In this document: one piece after another, positions 26,474-28,789 of the stretch | Layout of the letters: each line of letters starts with the position of its first letter | Numbering within the stretch: position 1 is the stretch's first letter | Source of the DNA: Sulfurimonadaceae bacterium | GTDB taxonomy: Bacteria > Campylobacterota > Campylobacteria > Campylobacterales > Sulfurimonadaceae | DNA length: 28,789 nt | Direction of reading: 5' to 3' | Assembly: GCA_041571435.1 (NCBI GenBank) | Contig: JBFFUI010000028.1 | Coordinates: 1 to 28,789 of the forward strand | Position numbers and translations under genes: made by a program | Notes under the pieces: model-generated | Told to the model about the DNA's origin: nothing | Seen by the model: the letters and a program-made list of their open reading frames with translations, nothing else | The model's database searches: none

Positions 26474-27445
26474 TTATTGGCCCCCGCATTTACCGCTGCC
26501 GCATTTGCCGGAACCGCATTTCATCGTCTCTTCCTTAAGAGGAACAGCATCTGCTTCTTCCACAGTTTTGGAGCCGCTTTTACCTGTACCGCACTTGCCG
26601 GAACCGCATTTCATGGTCTCTTTATCAATTGGTTTAGCTTCAGCTTTTTCGCCACTTTGTGCACCGCACTTGCCCATCCCGCATCTTCCGGCGCCACACT
26701 TGCCGGCACCGCATTTTCCCATCAGTTCAGCATCTTTGGCCTGTTGCTCTATAGAGGTGTTTTTCCAGTAATCAAACTGCATATAGGCTTTCATCAGTGT
26801 CCAGCCGCCAAAAACGATGATCGTTATTGCTGCAAACTGGATCATCAGAGAGCGAAAGCGTGTTTGTGAAAAAAGCCCTATAGCAAAGGCAAAACTGAAT
26901 AGCGCCGGTATCGTGAAGAGACCAAAGATCGCCATCACTATGGCGCCCCAGAGTGCCGACTGTGTCGTCGTAGCTGTTACCAACATCGTATAGACCAATC
27001 CGCATGGGAAAAGGCCGTTCAGCAGTCCCAGTGTAAAAAAACTGCTGGGTTTGGCTGAAGTAAGTTGAGAGGTGAATATCTTTTTGAACCAGGGCTGTCG
27101 TGTGATCGGGTACTCGATAGAGGTCAGAAATTTCAGTTTCCCGGCAAATGAAAGTCCCATTAGGATCATCATCACCCCGGCGACAGCGAACATGATGGCA
27201 CGGGCCAGCGGTGATACGTCCCACAGTGAGCCAAAGTATCCGAAAAGTGCACCCAATACCGTGTAGGTAACAACACGTCCTAGGTTGTAAAATAGATGAT
27301 AGGTCGATTGTGTGAACTTGTTTTGCTCAGGTTTGATCTTAGCTGTCGTATAGGTGACGATAAAGCCGCCGCACATTCCGATACAGTGTCCGATCGAACC
27401 AAGGAGGGCAAAGGTGATGATGGCGGTGAACTCTATACCGTTCAT
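26474..27445 (-). CDS. DsbD_2 / TauE-SafE-like membrane protein with a C-terminal Cys-rich (G)KCG repeat tail
   Basis: GHCIGMCGG, YNLGRVVTY and GLLNGLFPCGLVY motifs with about 6 TM helices, then about 100 extra residues containing nine K/R-C-G units. Confidence 0.88.
   Translation of the reverse strand: MNGIEFTAIITFALLGSIGHCIGMCGGFIVTYTTAKIKPEQNKFTQSTYHLFYNLGRVVTYTVLGALFGYFGSLWDVSPLARAIMFAVAGVMMILMGLSFAGKLKFLTSIEYPITRQPWFKKIFTSQLTSAKPSSFFTLGLLNGLFPCGLVYTMLVTATTTQSALWGAIVMAIFGLFTIPALFSFAFAIGLFSQTRFRSLMIQFAAITIIVFGGWTLMKAYMQFDYWKNTSIEQQAKDAELMGKCGAGKCGAGRCGMGKCGAQSGEKAEAKPIDKETMKCGSGKCGTGKSGSKTVEEADAVPLKEETMKCGSGKCGSGKCGGQ
26477..26722 (-). repeat. Intragenic 15-bp (GKCGx) tandem repeats nested in a ~90-bp higher-order duplication
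   Basis: gca(t/c)ttgccggaaccgcatttcat(c/g)gtctctt occurs at 26501 and 26591, 90 bp apart; three blocks of pentapeptide repeats. Confidence 0.9.
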
Positions 27446-27492
27446 GAAAGGTCCTGAATAAGTTGAAGGTTTAGTTTACGCTTTGAAAAAAA

Positions 27493-27523
27493 AGTGTAAC
27501 AAAGAAGTGTTACATTAGTGTTA
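27493..27523 (-). promoter_or_regulatory. Putative regulator binding site: tandem TAACACT repeats plus TGTAAC-N8-GTTACA palindrome
   Basis: AGTGTTA at 27506 and 27517 (11-bp period) and AGTGTAA at 27493; upstream of a possible -10 TAAACT at 27473-27478. Confidence 0.45.
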
Positions 27524-27540
27524 AGAGGCGCTCGCCTCTT
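27523..27540 (-). terminator. Hairpin just after the carA stop
   Basis: AAGAGGC-GCTC-GCCTCTT perfect stem; no U tract on the minus strand, so termination is uncertain. Confidence 0.4.
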
Positions 27541-27545
27541 CTAGG

Positions 27546-28676
27546 CTACGCCTGTTTTAAAAGATTTAAAAACTCGCCGAAAATATAACGGCTTTCTTTT
27601 GGTCCCGGGCTGGACTCCGGGTGATGCTGTACCGAAAAGATCGGCGCATCGTTATAGCGGAGACCTTCAATCGTGTTGTCAAACAGATTAGTATGTGTCA
27701 CTTCAGCGATTTCGGTGACACTGTCAGGCACGTTATAGTTGTGGTTTTGGGCCGTGATCTCGACCATACCCGTCTTGACGTTCTTCACAGGGTGGTTACC
27801 ACCATGGTGTCCGAACTTCAGTTTAAACGTATCGTGACCGTGTGAGATCGAAAGCAGTTGGTGCCCCAGACAGATCCCGAACATCGGAACCTTTGCCGCG
27901 ATCAGTTTTTTGACCTGCTCTTGTTCCTCTTTAAGGATCAGGGGATCTCCCGGACCATTTGACAGAAAGACGCCATCGATCTCCTTAGCCTGCACACGAG
28001 CGATCAGTGCATCTGCATCAAACGTGTTGGGAAGGACTTCGACTTCAATGCCGGCCTGCGTCAGTTCGTTCAGGATGTTGCGCTTGACACCGAAGTCAAT
28101 CGCAGCGATCTTTGCTTGCGGTGCCGGCGCATCATTGTATTTGAAGTTGACGGCATCATATGTTCCGTTTGCATGGGTATAGGCCTCTTTGGTGCTGACC
28201 TCTTGAATGTAGTTCACCTCTTCAATACGCGGCGATGATGCAAGCACTTTTTTGAGTTCCTCTTTGTCGCTGATCTCTGTCGAAGCGACCATCATCATCG
28301 CACCTTCAGCACGAAGCATCTTGGTCAGGTAACGCGTGTCAATGTCACAGATACCCATCACGCCGTGTTCTTTCAGAAAGTCTGCAAGTGAGCCCTCTGC
28401 ACGGAAGTTTGAGTAACGGTCCTGATATTGGCGTACGATCATCCCTTTGGCATGCGCACGCGTTGACTCCATATCTTCTGCATTGACACCGACATTACCG
28501 ATCTCCGGTGCCGTAAAGGTGACGAACTGACCCGCATACGAAGGATCAGACATAATCTCCTGGTAACCGCTCATCGAGGTGTTAAAGACGATCTCACCGA
28601 CCAAGGTCGTCTCCGCACCAAATGATGATGCTTCTAAAAAAGTACCGTTTTCAAGGTAGATCCAAACAGTGTTCAT
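27546..28676 (-). CDS. carA: Carbamoyl-phosphate synthase small subunit
   Basis: GEIVFNTSMSGYQE, DPSYAGQ, LSNGPGDP, GICLGHQ and SVQHHPESSPGP motifs. Confidence 0.98.
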   Translation of the reverse strand: MNTVWIYLENGTFLEASSFGAETTLVGEIVFNTSMSGYQEIMSDPSYAGQFVTFTAPEIGNVGVNAEDMESTRAHAKGMIVRQYQDRYSNFRAEGSLADFLKEHGVMGICDIDTRYLTKMLRAEGAMMMVASTEISDKEELKKVLASSPRIEEVNYIQEVSTKEAYTHANGTYDAVNFKYNDAPAPQAKIAAIDFGVKRNILNELTQAGIEVEVLPNTFDADALIARVQAKEIDGVFLSNGPGDPLILKEEQEQVKKLIAAKVPMFGICLGHQLLSISHGHDTFKLKFGHHGGNHPVKNVKTGMVEITAQNHNYNVPDSVTEIAEVTHTNLFDNTIEGLRYNDAPIFSVQHHPESSPGPKESRYIFGEFLNLLKQA

Positions 28677-28789
28677 TAGGCAAGTCCTCTCTTTTGCAGC
28701 TCTTCGTTGTAAAGTTTTTCATGGATGATGTCGAACTCTTCCGTACCCGGGATAATGCGGCGTTTATACGAACGGATCTTCTCCATGAC
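28676..28789 (-). CDS. DUF507 family protein, 3' end only
   Basis: Reads VMEKIRSYKRRIIPGTEEFDIIHEKLYNEELQKRGLA*; TAATG overlap with the carA start. Confidence 0.8.
   Translation of the reverse strand, partial: VMEKIRSYKRRIIPGTEEFDIIHEKLYNEELQKRGLA

Noticed and set aside
26477-26722. Spaced ~31-nt repeats as a CRISPR array
   Set aside because: Only two close copies, in frame inside a CDS, differing at synonymous sites; no cas genes or leader.
26477-26869. Plus-strand ORFs with AFTAAAFAG or PHLP repeats
   Set aside because: Reverse-strand readings of the GKCG repeat, without independent support.

Overview
Core-genome window of a Campylobacterota (epsilonproteobacterial) bacterium. The gene content, TGnTATAAT-type promoters and moderate GC suggest a Sulfurimonas/Sulfurovum-like organism (inference). 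Left to right: an AI-2/DPD-catabolism-like locus (3' end of a class II aldolase, two convergent ABM/LsrG-like paralogues, LsrK kinase); a DUF4139 protein; a ~110-bp structured MITE-like element; the four-subunit pyruvate:ferredoxin oxidoreductase operon; a HAD hydrolase; an orphan peptide ABC substrate-binding protein; a DUF945 protein; a beta-carbonic anhydrase, a lipoprotein alpha-carbonic anhydrase and an OprD-like porin; rplM-rpsI; a multiply broken amino-acid binding protein pseudogene; addAB; the cbb3 oxidase operon ccoNOQP with four accessory genes (one a 33-aa ORF missed by the ORF track); a DsbD_2/TauE-like membrane protein with a 9-Cys (G)KCG-repeat tail; carA; and the 3' end of a DUF507 gene. 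The best candidates for new biology are the GKCG-repeat-tailed membrane protein upstream of ccoN (possible copper-binding module), the porin + alpha-CA + beta-CA inorganic-carbon module, and the non-canonical LsrK locus. Family assignments come from motif recognition and recalled homologues, not from database searches.
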